Positions 14,459 to 28,226 of a DNA stretch of 64,000 nucleotides are shown one piece after another. The stretch's first letter is position 1; every line of letters begins with the position of its first letter. A model generated the notes under the pieces. That model was given only the letters and a program-made list of their open reading frames with translations. It searched no databases and was not told the DNA's origin. The translations under genes were made by a program, and so were the position numbers. This DNA comes from the human T2T-CHM13v2.0 reference genome, Homo sapiens: the NCBI RefSeq assembly GCF_009914755.1, contig NC_060927.1; one strand, given 5' to 3'.

Positions 14459-16449
14459 CTAAAGGAATCAAGAAGATACTTCAGAGTTAACCAGAGGAAT
14501 TAAAGAAAAAACAGTTAATGCCAGCCTTCTCCAACCTTCCCACATCAGCAGACTGAACAAAGCGCTCAAAACTCAGGGTTTAATAAAGAGGGAAAAAGGA
14601 GGAGGAGCTACTTTATTGGGTGTAGTAGAGACAAAGAGGGAAATAGAAGAAAATTGTGAAGTAGTGACATTAGCTGCCATGTCCTACCTCCTCTGGCAGT
14701 TCTCCAGGGCAGACAGGGCTGGCAGCGGATGGGTGTTATAACTCCTATGGATCATGCCTGACCCTTCTGGGCCCGTCATGACTTCTGTTTAGATGACACT
14801 AAAGGGTCTCAGGGCAGCATCAGAGCAGGAAGGATGTGCCAACCACAGAAGTGCCAACTCATGACAAGAATCATTGCTCATTCAGGGATTGCTGCCCCTG
14901 CCATCACCCCCTCTGTCCCAGGATCTGCATTCCGCTGTTCTCTCTCCTGCAAGCTGTGACAGCAGAAGAGGGGCCTCCTTCCCATTAGCTCATTTCCATC
15001 TCGGACTTAGTCAAAGGAATAAATTATTGTCAGCTCATCTGTCTTATTAGATTGAGCCACATGATATTGCCATGTTGTTGCTCCAATACTGGCAATTTCA
15101 TGTGATTCAACCTCATCTGCTGTTTAGAGAAAGGAAGTTTCACTGCTATGAAAAACTAAACCATTTCTGTGGCTGAGCTATGCTGACCAGAACAGAGTTA
15201 TCTCAAATTCATCTACTCAAAAGCTGCATATTTTAAACTGAAATGCACTGAGCGTCTTCCTTATCCCTACTTTCCACGTTTCTAAGACAAGATAAATTCA
15301 GCAACATTCTTTAGAAAACATTCCATCTCCAACAGCAACTATCAGTCAAACAACAGGGAATCATTGTGCATTTACTCTGTATAAAGCATAAGAAGGATAA
15401 AAAAAATAAACACAACATCTTTTCTGTCCCTAAGGAGTAACTGACGTAGCTGAAGAAAGAAGAGGGGAAAAACACCACAAAAAATGTAAAGAATGAAGCA
15501 ACAATATAAGGAATGTCACAAGACAGACCATGATCATTTGCTAAATGAGTGGAATGGAAAATAAGTACAGTGAGTTGAGAGGCAGGAGCAATCACCTAGA
15601 ATCTGATGTGAGCCACTTTCTATCTAATTTAGCTCATCAATCACCTCACCCTCCCACCTACTTACTGTGGGAAGTTATCACAGAAAATGAAAATCTCCTC
15701 TCTGCCTACTCATAACTCCCAGATGTCGGTTCCAGAAATGTATGCCCAGCAGGTCTCAGACCACTCCCACTCATTTATTGGGTCCATCTCAGGAAAAGAT
15801 GGGGGAATGGGGACATTTACACTGGATGCTTTTCTTTCTCTAGGTGAAGTCAGCATGACACAGGAAAGTGGGAGAAATCTAAATGTGTGTGCCTCAATAT
15901 AAACTGTAGCCACCTGGTAGCCTAGCACTTTTCCTGACTTCATGACTCCTTTTAATTCTGAATTTCAACCTTTCTGAGCAGTTGCCAATAGTAAAAAAAA
16001 TGACATAAATTTAAGCATACTACAAATACCTGTTTAGATACAAATGAGGTCACATTAACACCTCACAGCCCCCCTATTTTAGCAATTCCCTGCGTGCTCT
16101 CACTCACACAATCTCCCATGGTACCCTGCTCTTCCTCTCTGCTGAGGGCCTCCCTCTTGAGGACAATGCCTAGCCATGGACCCTGTCTCTAGTGTCCTCC
16201 TGGAGAAGGGTGTTTCCTTTCCCAGGGGGTCATAGCCAAGGGCTCTGCAAGGCAGCAGCAGCCCTGGCTGCCCCAGTACTTCTGGCATGAAAGCCATGCT
16301 GGGATGTTCCATGCAGAAATGCAGATAATACCCTTCTGCCCAACACTGTCACCCTCTACTGCCTGGGTTGAATAAAAGTGAAAGTTTGCTAAGGTCCCAA
16401 GGCAACATCTCTGACCAGGCCTTTTCTCCTTCTCCCCTTTCTTCCTTCC

Positions 16450-17047
<598 letters not shown>

Positions 17048-17059
17048 CTCACCCTCCAC

Positions 17060-17960
17060 TTCTAATCCATAAGAAAGACGTGTCAATTTTACCTACAAAA
17101 CATCCCTCGAGTCCTCCCCTTCACTCCATCTCGGCAGATACCCTGTTGGTTGCTTATTAATTACCATCACCTCTTACCTGGGCCTCTACCACAGCCTCCT
17201 AATGTCCTGCTTCCACTCTTGCCCTTCCAGTTCATTCTGCACAAAGCAGCAAGAGGGATCTTGTAAAAAGACTAAATGGATCATGTCTTCCTAGACTTAA
17301 AACCCTTCAGTGCTTTCCCTGCTACACTCAGAATAAAGTCAAAGCCCTTGGCCCTGGCCTACGGGGCCTTCCAGGACTTGGCCCCAGCCTTGCTCTACAG
17401 GAGACTGTCCAGTGAAGGTTATAAACTCAAAGTCCACTGCTTCCCATGAGAAGCCTGGGTCAGAATTCTGGGTCTTCTGTTTACCATGTGAACTGTGGAG
17501 CTTTGGGCCAGCTTCTTAGCTTCCCTGCACTTCAGTTCCTACACATGGAAAGTTACATATCTCACTGGATTATTAGAAATAAAGTGAGATACAACGTATA
17601 CAGTGCTAGGAATATTGCCAGTCAATAGTAAATGCTTCATAAATATAATCAGCCTGGTCTGCTTTCATTTCTTCGAACACATCTTTTCCACTTCAGGGCC
17701 TTCCATTTGTTGTCCTTTCTGCTCAGAATGCTCTCCCTCCTCCCCGTTTGTACAGAAAGGCCTTCCCTGACTAACAGATCTCAATGGGGACTCTCCCTGT
17801 CTCACTCTGTTATTCTCTGTTGCAACTCTTCATTTCCTTCGTATCACTTGTATCCTGTGATAAACTGCCATTATTTTCTTTCTTTGGCTATTCACTGCTT
17901 ATTGTCTTTCCCTTCCATGAGACTTTAATCTTTATAAGTATTACCATTGAATTCCAGTAC
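17060..17960 (+). mobile_element. L2 3' region with a nested MIR (~17410-17645)
   Basis: catcacctcttacctgg...cttaaaacccttcagtgctttccc...agaataaagtc; MIR core cttcagttcctacacatggaaa. Confidence 0.7.
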
Positions 17961-18287
17961 TAGAACATCATTTTGACTCAGGGATCCTTCAAGAGCTTCC
18001 ATCACTATTTAAATTTTTACAGTGAGGAAGTGGATGAATCTTACTAATCTCTCATCTCATGGTCTATTTCCATTTGGCTTTTACTTAAAGGGTCCTCTTT
18101 CTGTGGAGGTCAGACCAACTCTCTGGGGCAGGGTTGGACAAAAAACACCATGATTGACTCAGTCTCCCCAACTCCCCTGAAAGTACATATAAGCTTCTTT
18201 TCAAGGACTCCTTGCCTTCTTGGACAGATATTTAACTAAGTAACCTCTGATGGCTCCTTTTATCTCAATCCGATTTACCTTCTCTCT

Positions 18288-18316
<29 letters not shown>
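18288..18316. repeat. (TG)n microsatellite
   Basis: Read directly from sequence. Confidence 0.95.
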
Positions 18317-18319
<3 letters not shown>

Positions 18320-18337
18320 GCACACACTTACTAAGAT

Positions 18338-18830
18338 GTTGGCTTAGCCCAGAGTCCTCAGAAAGCACAGCCTGAGGCAAAATCTTACATAATCCTAATT
18401 TATTGGAATGTGCCATCCAGGGAAGGAAGAGGGAGAGAAGAAGGAAATGAGGAAGGGACGGAGAACAAGCAGATAGATACAAGGGTATATTTCTGAGCTG
18501 GCTGCCACTGTTACTCAGCACAACTGATGTCAGATCTCCAGGACCCATCTTCTGAGGCAGGCTGTGTGAATGACAGCTCCTTTGGACAATAAGTCAGGGT
18601 AAGAAGGAGATGAATTCCAGGTTGCACATACGTGGGAGCTGAGCCATCTAGTGCATCACAGGCCTCAGTGGCAACATGGGAGCCCTGGGGGAGATGACAG
18701 GCTGACTTGAGAGAATGGGAGCAGTCACTGTAACAGCCTTTGGCCCTTGGCAGCAACAATGTCAGCAGCATTAGTGACCTGGCTCTGTAACCATGAGAGC
18801 AGCACAAACCAGGCAAGCATACAGATCTGG
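18338..18830 (-). mobile_element. Ancient ERVL/MaLR LTR
   Basis: cagaaagcacagcctgaggcaaa...tttattgg, typical of the reverse poly-A-signal end of such LTRs. Confidence 0.45.
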
Positions 18831-19937
18831 AGGATGGCCTAAACTAAGTCTCATACTGATGGGTAGGAAGGTGATGACTGTCCAAATGTAGTGTTTGAGG
18901 ATGGCAAGCATGGGACATATAGGCTCACCACTCCTGAAGCTTGCACTCATGGCAGACATCTTTGTACTTTGTACTTTGTCTGGCTGAGCCCAAGTACAGC
19001 CTCAAAACACTTCTTCATACAGAGCTGTAATCAGCCACTACATCACAACAGTAATGCAAATGATGACAGCATAAGATAAAAAAAATTGTAATTCACACCT
19101 GAAATGATAAAGACAAAAACAGTATAAAGCTAATGAAAATGATGAATTTCAGAAAGTGAAAAATCCACCAAAGGGAAGCCCTTCCAGAGCATCTTCCATC
19201 TAACCCAGCTCCATAGCCCAGAAATCAGCGTCTGTGGATCTTCTTGATATTGCAGGAAAAGAGAATGCCATTCAAATGACAGCTTTTCCAGAACTGGAAT
19301 TCTATGTACAACCTAGCATCACAGCTCTCATCATTCTGTATTTGATGACAGTTTTGTGGGTTTCATATCCCAAAATGATACCTGCCTAATTCACAGAGCA
19401 AAGTTTATTTCATTTAAAGCAGTTCTGATCAGGGGAAAATGTTTCATTGTGGTGTTATAAGGAATTGATCTGCTAATGTTCTTCTTAAGCTTTGACATTA
19501 ATTACAGAGAAGATGCATCATCATTTCTACTGACCCTTCATTCCACCCCCACCTACCAATACACCCACCCAAATGTTCAGAGCTTTGTATATGTGTCTTA
19601 ATAATCTGTCATCCAATACTTGGCAAGTGAAATGTGCTATCATATGGTACCAAGAATGTTCGCAGCTCTGGCTAAAACTTCACTGGATCTGATATTTAAG
19701 CCTTAGTGGTGATCTAACATAGGCAGAGAACTGTGCTAAGAACTGATAGATGCAGAAGTGAATAAAACACTGCCCCTTTCCCTTAGAGTAGTAAGTTCCA
19801 AACTAAAGGATAGAACCCAATAGTGGGTCTTGACATCAACTTAGGAAATTGTAACGAGAAATTTTAAAAGCTACAATAGAATTGAATATAGTAGAACATA
19901 TCTCAAATAATAATAAAGGGTATAGTTTCATGAAGGG

Positions 19938-19962
19938 GTGTGTGTGTGTGTGTGTGTGTGTG
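19938..19962. repeat. (TG)n microsatellite
   Basis: Read directly from sequence. Confidence 0.95.
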
Positions 19963-20745
19963 CATATACATGTATTTCTTTCTGTAGGTGATCTAACAGT
20001 TTGAAAGCCTAAGTTTTCCAAAGGTGAAAACCATCATTCAAACACATAATGATAAAAATTTACGTATAGAGAATCCCTGGAGTCATGCAGAATCAACATT
20101 CAGTATGCATACAGGATGGCAGAGATTAGTACTAAGGGGGCCTGATATTCAGGCAATGGTGAGAATCTAGAGTTTGCCTTCTAAAGCCCACATTCCTCAT
20201 ATTACTCTCTGCTCAGAAACCACTGTATGTGCCCCCATCACTACAGAACGTAATCCAAGCTCATGAGTATGGCATTGAAGGACCTCCAAGCTTATTTCCC
20301 ACTACTCTTCACCTCCTCCCACACCTTCTTGATGCCATACTGTTGCTATAATCATTTTTGCCATTTTGAATGTGTTCTGTGTTTGAATACGTTCTGTGTT
20401 TTTTTACTTCTGGACCCTTGCACAAACTCTTCCTTCATGCTGGAATGTCTTTCCTTCCCTATCTGACCACTAAAGTAATATACTTACAGTGGTCAGCCTT
20501 TGTTTTGTCTCTCCAGCAAGCTATCCGATCCTCCTTCTGGTAATAATATTTTCTTTCCTTTGAGAAACTCCCTGAAATTTCATGGGTTCTGTGGTCAATC
20601 ATAATGCCCCACTGCCTATGGCCACAGGAGAAGCTCTGTGACAAACATACAGTGATTGGTTGAAAAAAACAAGCATGTGACCTATGGCAGAACATTATAC
20701 TCTATCTCATGTACAGACGGGTACAATTCCTTCTCTGAATTCTAA

Positions 20746-21410
20746 CAGCAGCCCTCAAAATACAGTGAGCATAATAATTACCTGGAAGACTTGCTAAACC
20801 ACAGATTGGTTCCACCCCCAGAGTTTCTGATTGGATAAATGTAAATTATGGCCTGAGATTTTGCATTTCAAATAAATTCCCAGGTGCGTTAGCTTCCTCC
20901 TGTTGCTGTAACAAATTACCACAAACTTAGTGGCTTAAAACAACATAAATTTATCTTCTTACAGTTCTGGTGGTCAGAAGCCCAAAACAGGTCAAGGTGT
21001 TGACAGGGCTGTTCCTTCTGGAGGCTCCAGGGTAGAATCCATTTTTTTGGTTCTCTCAGCTTCTAGAGGTTGCCTGCATTCCTTGGCTCATGGCCCTTCT
21101 CTTGCATCACTCCAACCTCTTACTGCTGTCCTCAGAACTCCTACTACTAACGCTTACCTCCTGTCTCCCTCTTATAACGACCCTTGTGGTTATATTAGGC
21201 CTACTGAGATAATGTAGAATAATCTCTCATTCTCAACCCCCTTAACTTGATCATATCTGTGAAGTCCCTTTTGCCATAAGAGGTAACTTAGGCCTGAGTC
21301 CTTTCACCTGAGGATTAGGATGTGGACAACTTTGAGGGGTCATTATTCAGTCTACCACACCAAGTGATGCTGATCCTGATAGTCCAGGGTCCACACTTTG
21401 AAAACCAATG
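20746..21410. mobile_element. MER5A split by an MLT1 LTR
   Basis: ...ttgcatttcaaataaattcccagg | tgatgctgat...ccacactttgaaaaccaatg are contiguous MER5A halves. Confidence 0.8.
20885..21359 (-). mobile_element. MLT1C-like solo LTR
   Basis: gctgtaacaaattaccacaaacttagtggcttaaaacaac...attcagtctaccaca; 5-bp TSD ccagg/ccaag. Confidence 0.88.
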
Positions 21411-22355
21411 AATTACTATCACTATCAAAGCCAGCCTAGTATTTTATTCTTTAGTCTGTCTGCCTCCCACTAGATTAAGAGGTTGCAGAGGCTGGAATAG
21501 ATCTTGGCCTTTTTAAAAATTGCTTTAATTCTATGTACATTCTCCTTTCTGAATACTGGTAAATACATCTTTCAGTTAAACTGGAGGAATAGGTAAACAG
21601 TCTGAAATGCTGATAGAAAAGAAAACTGTGAAGATAAAACCCCAAAGTGGAGAGGTATTGGTTAATAGGATTATCTGGATTCCTTACTGCCAACAGTAAA
21701 TCTTTCTACCTAATTATGCTCCCAAATTTCAAATTTCTCTATTGCTGACAACTATCGCCATTTTGATGCCCCCCAGTTATTTCTCATTTTTCTCAAACCA
21801 AATTTGTGTAGCTGGCCAGCCTATCCTGAGTTCTACCTCATGGGCTCTGGATGTCAGAGATAGCTTCACCACACACTCAAGAACTCAAGCCAGAAATTTC
21901 ACCAGCATCATAGGAATAGCCGCTGACAGTTATTCCCCCACTGATATGTGCTTGGCAACGTTCTGAGTTCTCTGTGGGCACTTACTCATTAATTCTTACC
22001 ATTCTTGTCTTGTCCATTTAAAAAATATCTCCCATAGTGCTTTACATGTAGCATACATACACTTTATAAGTCTACATTGCTTGGTTCATTCAGTAGACCA
22101 TAAGCTCCTTGAGGGAAGGGATGGGTCTTATTCATCATCTTGTTGCCAGGATGAAACTATGTCACTTGTACCTCATATTACATTTGCAGTAAAATGTTAG
22201 AGAGATGAGACCATATGTGAGCAGTTGGAATTAAGTCAGTCAAGTTGAAGTGGGGTCTAACATCAAATTGCCTTGAAAAGCAGGCAGAACTTAAAACATG
22301 ATATAATAGGCATCTCAGAGCTAGTGCAAAATCCTAAGCAAGAGCATAAAGCTAA

Positions 22356-22852
22356 TGTTGGGAGCAGGCCCCCCAAAATCTGGCCATAAACTGGCCCCAA
22401 AACTGGCCATAAACAAAATCTCTGCAGCACTGTAACATGTTCATAATGGCCCTAACACCCAAGCTGGAAGGTTGTGGGTTTAGGGAATGAGGGCAAGGAA
22501 CACCTGGCCCGCCCAGGGTGGAAAATCACTTAAAGGCATTCTTAAGCCATGAACAATAGCATGAGCAATCTGTGCCTTAAGGACATACTCCTGCTGCAGT
22601 TAACTAGCCCAACCTATTCCTTTAATTCGGCCCATAAGAGATACTTTTAGTTAATTTAGTATCTATAGAAACAATGCTAATGACTGGTTTGCTGTTAATA
22701 AATATGTGGATAAATCTCTGTTTGGGGCTCTCAGCTCTGAAGGCTGTGAGACCCCTGATTTCCCACTTCACACCTCTATATTTCTGTGTGTGTGTCTTTA
22801 ATTCCTCTAGCACTGCTGGGTTAGGGTCTCCCTGACCAAGCTGGTCTTGGCA
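22356..22852 (+). mobile_element. MER9 solo LTR (HERV-K9/HML-3)
   Basis: TG...CA, 497 bp; tgttgggagcaggccccccaaaatctggccataaactggcccc; AATAAA at ~22696; exact 6-bp TSD agctaa. Confidence 0.92.
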
Positions 22853-23214
22853 AGCTAAAATCATTTTATAGAGCCAAATCAGTAAGTCCCCAGTTTAGCT
22901 TAGAAACAATCAGACAAGGACCAAAGGCTTTCTAGGAGGTATGATTCTTTGAAGAGACAAGGGAGATTGAAATTGAGTCCATAAAATTCTCTTCCATCTT
23001 CCTGATTCTAGGTGTTGAGGTATCTGTCCTTTGTTCTTGGTGATTTACTATATCTGATTGCAACTTAGAATTCAAACATTAGGCTCTGCCTTCTTTTCCA
23101 TCCGGATTCTAAAATCAATATCTTTACTATGACGCTTATTCCCAGGATTAATTTATGAAATTGTATGATGTGCTTTGAAGACTGAAGGCTTCTTAGAGAG
23201 AGAGGGAATGTCAC

Positions 23215-23297
23215 CTTGTACTATCAAACCAGTATATTAAACAGTTACTGCTTTAAAAATCAGATGTTTGTTGGTTGAGATGCTATTAAATCTTAAC
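23215..23297 (-). pseudogene. Fossil exon, 83 nt
   Basis: gctggttttgtag|GTTAAG ... ACAAG|gtgaca. Reads LRFNSISTNKHLIFKAVTV*YTGLIVQ. Confidence 0.5.
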
Positions 23298-23454
23298 CTA
23301 CAAAACCAGCACATGATCATTTCAATGGTACAAAGGCAAACTAAATATAGCAGATGACAATTGCTACAACATAAGAGAAAAAATGTAATGTAATATTTTA
23401 ACCATTTAGTTATATGCCACATGAAAATAAATTCTTATAAAGAATAAGTTTTAG

Positions 23455-23840
23455 CACTTGCCCCATTTGTGTGATAGGGTACCTACCATGTGCCAAGGGC
23501 TGTGCAATACTGTGATGAACAAAAGAATCCCTACGTGATGGAGCCATCAATCTAGTGGACACGATGGATATTTAATAATTATGAATAATTACTACATAAT
23601 CACAGGACAGAATAAAATGAAGGATTTCCAAGAGCAATGTGAACATAGAACCAAATATGGAGCATATCTGAGGAAACAAGAGGCTGTCCAGAGGAGACCA
23701 TATTCCAGCTGAGATTTTAAGGGCAAATGAGAGCTGACGAGCAGCACAGAAGGGGAAAGAATCTTCCAGCATTTGATCGGCATGATACATAAAAGGAGAG
23801 TAGCAGGGCATGGGCTGGGAACCTGGAGGCCTGTTCAAGA
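23455..23840 (-). mobile_element. L2 3' end
   Basis: acctaccatgtgccaagggctgtgc...gatggagccatcaatctagtgg. Confidence 0.6.
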
Positions 23841-24088
23841 CTGTTCAGCCTTGACAAGGTAAAGGGCAAGAGGTGATATATTTGTTTGAGCTGAATCTCT
23901 CAGCATTTTGCATCTCAAGTCTCCTAGTTTTAAACAACTTTCTAGAGAGGAGGCTGCTCTTTATAGAACTGAGTATATGGAAGACAGCCTTGAGAACCTT
24001 AAATTCAATGCACTGTGTAGAATATAACCATGATTCTAAACGATACTTGTTAAAAGGCTTTTTTTTTTTTTTTTCAAATGGCCATGGC

Positions 24089-24125
<37 letters not shown>

Positions 24126-24305
24126 AAGATAATTTGGTAACTGAGTAGAGACAGGACAGGTTTTTCTACTGAAGTCTTTGGTTTATGGATACACCTATAG
24201 TGTTGGAAGGAAGCATTTGTATTTTAAGGTATCTTTCCTAGGTTTGTTGCTAAGTTCATGGACAGCATACCCCCATGAAGATGACAACACAGTTCTTCTA
24301 AGACA

Positions 24306-24570
24306 TTATTTATTTATGTATTTATTTTTTAGGCAGAGTCTTGCTGAAGTGCCATAGGAGTGATCACGGTTCACTGCAGCCTCAGCCTCCTTGGATCAAG
24401 TGATTCTCCTGTCGCAGCCTCTCAAGTATCTGAGACCACAGGTGTGTACCACCACACTTGGCTAAATTTTTTTTCTTTTTTTTTTGGAGAGACAGGGGTC
24501 TTGCTTTGTTGCTCAGTCTGGTCCTGAACTCCTGGCCTCAAGTGATCCTCCCACCTCAGCCTCTGAAAGT
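24306..24570 (-). mobile_element. AluJ
   Basis: gatcacggttcactgcagcctc...gaactcctggcctcaagtgatcctcccacc. Confidence 0.88.
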
Positions 24571-24599
24571 CTTTTAAGATATCATATTACGGAAACTTT

Positions 24600-24790
24600 A
24601 ATTAAGCTCTTGCTACATATAAGACACTTTGCTTAGGATTCAATGTATATCTTTCATTTAACCTTCACAACAACTCTAGGAGGTAGGCACAATTATTATT
24701 CTGCTTATCAACGTTGTCAACTGAAGTTAGAAAGGTTAGTAAATCTTTGAAGTTCACACAGCAAGTCAGCAGTGAGGCTGTTAATCCCTC
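24600..24790 (-). mobile_element. MIR
   Basis: ttcatttaaccttcacaacaactctaggaggtagg...actgaagttagaaaggttagtaa. Confidence 0.7.
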
Positions 24791-25143
24791 CCCACTGTTA
24801 ACCAGGAAAACTCTACTTCTGTTAAATTCTGATCATTTTTTGCTAAAGGGGTTAGCGGTGCTTTTGACTCTTTTATGTTTCCCTTTGATTTACCATCTAA
24901 TGGTTATTGCTACAGTGTTTAATAAGCAATGCATTATCCCTGGGCAGTGGAAGTAATATCATTACTCAGAGACGGTAAACAGAAGTTTGCATCTGTGCAC
25001 TGCCTGGAGGTGGAAGCATCAATAAAAGCCTGAGGTGGAAGGAAGAGATGAATGTGCAGGCTTGAATCAGAGGCAAGGGACGCAATTTGATGTGGGGTAA
25101 TAAGAAATTCTGCCTAGGCTAGCAAAGAAACACAATCCTTTAC

Positions 25144-25960
25144 CACTCCTAGCCTCAACTGCACTGTTAGATTTCTCCTAACACTGCTTTTCTTTGCTCC
25201 ACAGGGTACAACAGTCCCAGCCCCGCCCATCACACCCACAACCCTTATGTACGCCCAAGGGTGCCTGGCATGCAAGATTCTAAGAGCAATGGGTTGCAAG
25301 TCCCTTTGACAAAGTTTGCCTGGGGACCAGGAAATTTAAATCTACATCCGAGGACCAAAGATATTTAAATTAAAAACTTCCTACCAAATCCAACAGCAGC
25401 TAAGAGAGTGGCGAATGCGATATTACAGAAATTGGTCTGCAGCCTCCAAATGCCAAAGTGGCAGCTTGTTATTTATGATAAGATAAGGAGCAGCTCGTTA
25501 CTAAAGATATCCATGTCAACCCCACGCATTGAGCAGAACAAAGGATCGTTAATGATTCCTGGGCTTGTCATGTTAGAATGGGGTGGCGATGATAAAAGAG
25601 CATCTATATATGCTTTCCTTGTGACATTTCTTATTTTTAAACTCCAATATAAAAATATGTGTTAATTGTTATGATTTGTGTCACATGCTATGCTCCAGGG
25701 CTGGACAGGAAACAGTGTCCCCATTCTAGTATTTTTATAATAAGCAATAAACAAACAATAAACAATGACAACAAGAAGAGAACCACTTTCCAGGATCATA
25801 TGATTAGTTCTGACATTTGGGAAATTGCTTCATTGCCAGAAGTCAATTCCCGCGATTGCGAGCATCTTCCACACATAAAATTAATAATGTGCCCAGCTCC
25901 CCTCCTGCCTTCATTTTATTATATGAAATTTGGACCTCCCACAGCATGTAAAGTCACATT
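25144..25960 (-). pseudogene. Large decayed exon candidate
   Basis: Unique, CpG-retaining, protein-like frames (GSLLVVIVYCLFIAYYKN; KYLWSSDVDLNFLVPRQTLSKGL). Donor GTG|gtaaag at 25144; acceptor not found. Confidence 0.35.
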
Positions 25961-26044
25961 TTTAAAATAAAACTTTCTTCCTTTATAAAATATATAAGGA
26001 AATGTCTTATAGAGTTACACAGACCTTTGAAAACATACATTTTT

Positions 26045-26620
26045 CCATTCCTTTGTTTATTCAGGCAATACCCGTTTGAGTACCTACTAAGCGCCAGGTA
26101 CTTTTCTAGAGTGAATATGACAATGAGGGAAAACAGACAATTATTAATATTCCAAATGAACAAAATAAGTTTGGTAGTAGTAAGTGTTGGGAAAAAAATA
26201 AAGTAAGTCAACGTGATAGAGAGACAGGTCCTTCCTAATGGGGACGGGGGTGGAGGGGCGGTCAGAGAGGGACTCTCTAGGAAGGTGACATTTAAGCAAC
26301 AAGTTGAATTACAAGAAGGAATCAGCCATAAAAAGATCTGGAGAGGAGCATTCCTGGCAGAAGGAATGGCAAATGCAAAGGCCCAGTGCCGGGGACAAGC
26401 CGGGCTTGTTCAAGAACAGATGAAGTTCAATGACCCGAGGGCATTGAGGAGGGCCCAGTGGATGCGGGATGAGGTCAGGGAGTGGGGGCAGGAGCAGATC
26501 AGGTGGGGCCTTGCAGGCCTAATGAAGACTTAGTATTTTATATTAATGACAAGGACGCCACCGAAGGTTCAAATCTCGGAAATGATAGATTCTATTTGAT
26601 ATTTTAAAAATTACAGCTGT
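26045..26620 (-). mobile_element. L2 3' end
   Basis: tttgagtacctactaagcgccagg...gaaggtgacatttaagc...ggagcagatcaggtggggccttgcaggcc. Confidence 0.8.
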
Positions 26621-26709
26621 CTGGGGGTCATGGGGGAAGAAAATGGACAAAATTGTGTTCCACTCAAAGATAGCATTTCCCTTACAGATCCCAAGGCCCT
26701 GTCTTTGTC

Positions 26710-26930
26710 AGTACGGGTAGTGATTAAGAACATAGTGCTAGTCAGAAAACCTAGGTTTGAATCCTTGCTCTGCCATCAATATGCCATGTGATCTTAGGGA
26801 CTCCATCAAACTTACTAAAGTCTTCACGTGAAAACTATAATAATAACTCTTCCCAGAGTCTTGGTGAAAATTAAATGAGATATAACACATAATACAGAGT
26901 AGTGTTAGTGCCTAGTACTTGATACATATA
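26710..26930 (+). mobile_element. MIR
   Basis: gtagtgattaagaacatag...cctaggtttgaatccttgctctgcca...gtgaaaattaaatgagataa. Confidence 0.75.
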
Positions 26931-27149
26931 ATAATAGCTGTTGTTATTATTATTATTATTATTAAAATTAGGAAGAAGAAAGAGAAGCAGAAGGTAAAGC
27001 ACTCAGCAACTACTCTGATCATTCAGGTGAGAATACAGACTTATGGGAGACAGGATGGAGGTTTCCATCAGCATAGAGCATCTCTGTGCTCCAGGCCCTT
27101 GGACAAATGTCACCTCTTTAATGTCCTGAAGACATTAGGTAGAATCTAG

Positions 27150-27560
27150 ACCAAAACAGAATTCTGGAAAAACTGGAAATAATTCAGATGCTCACCAACA
27201 GGAACATGAATCTTGATATCATGGATGCAACTCACAAATATGTTGATTGAGGAAAGCTAGACAGGAGAGACTACATGCTGTGTAATTCCATTTAGATGAA
27301 GTTCAAGAACAGGTGAAACTAACTGCTGTTGGTAGATATCAAAGCAGTGGTAACATTATAAGGGACCGTATTTGGAAAACATTTGGAAAGAGCACAAGGG
27401 AGCCTGCCAGGGTGCTGAAAAGTGCTCTATAACTTGATCTAGATGGCAGTTACATGATGGATATACATATGTAAAAATATCATCAAACCATATACTTAAA
27501 TTAGCATACTTTATAAACTTTTACTGATGTATGTGTTATACCTTAATTTAAAAAAATATG
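27150..27560 (+). mobile_element. L1M 3' UTR fragment
   Basis: tacatgctgtgtaattccatttagatgaagttcaagaacaggtgaaactaa...cttgatctagatggcagttacatg. Confidence 0.75.
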
Positions 27561-27946
27561 TATTTCAGGGGATCAGAAAGTCAGCTACATAAATAAACAA
27601 ATGGTGACTGCTCTCTTCAGGAAAACGATGACCTCAGGACTACTTAGGAGCCAGTTAATTTCCAAAGCTACTTCCCGTTTCTAAGTTAAACAGCTCTGCA
27701 CATAATGTCAGCCACAGCAATGGCAAAGAACCGCAGGGCAGGTGATGAAAAAGCTCGGCTTAGCAGCAGGACAATGGGGAAGTGTGTTAAACTGGGACCA
27801 TGACCAACTTCCCAAAACCCTCTCTGGTGATTGCCAGTGCCTGCTTAATGCCTTACCTTTCAATTGTGCTGAATTTGTCTGCATTAAATGAAAGTTCGAG
27901 GGGGCAGGATCACTTCTTTTTTGTTTTAGAAATATAGCTCAAGTAC

Positions 27947-28226
27947 CTGTGTGCTCTATAAAGAATAAAAATAATAACAGGAGGCCGTGGAACAACTGAA
28001 GTATGGAACATGTATTTAGAAAGTACTTTCTGGCATTTCAATAAAGGAAATTCAGAGGGCTTCCAGCATAAGAACAGGATCCGAATGGATTCATTTTCCT
28101 GATAGAGTGACCCAACCCACAATGCAAAGTCATTAAGTCCCATCGCGTGGCATTAAAAAATGCTTTTAAGCTAAGATCAGCCGAAAATGTGCCCAGGGCA
28201 GATTTTTATGGCCATATCATCACAAC
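27947..28226 (-). pseudogene. Fossil exon, 280 nt
   Basis: ttgaatttcag|GTTGTG ... CACAG|gtactt. Reads VVMIWP*KSALGTFSADLSLKAFF, then shifted MGLNDFALWVGSLYQENESIRILFLCWKPSEFPLLKCQKVLSKYMFHTSVVPRPPVIIFILYRAH (ORF 27910-28143). Confidence 0.6.

Noticed and set aside
25408-25970. Overlapping plus-strand ORFs of 85 and 103 aa
   Set aside because: No plus-strand splice or promoter support; probably antisense shadows of the minus-strand fossil exon.
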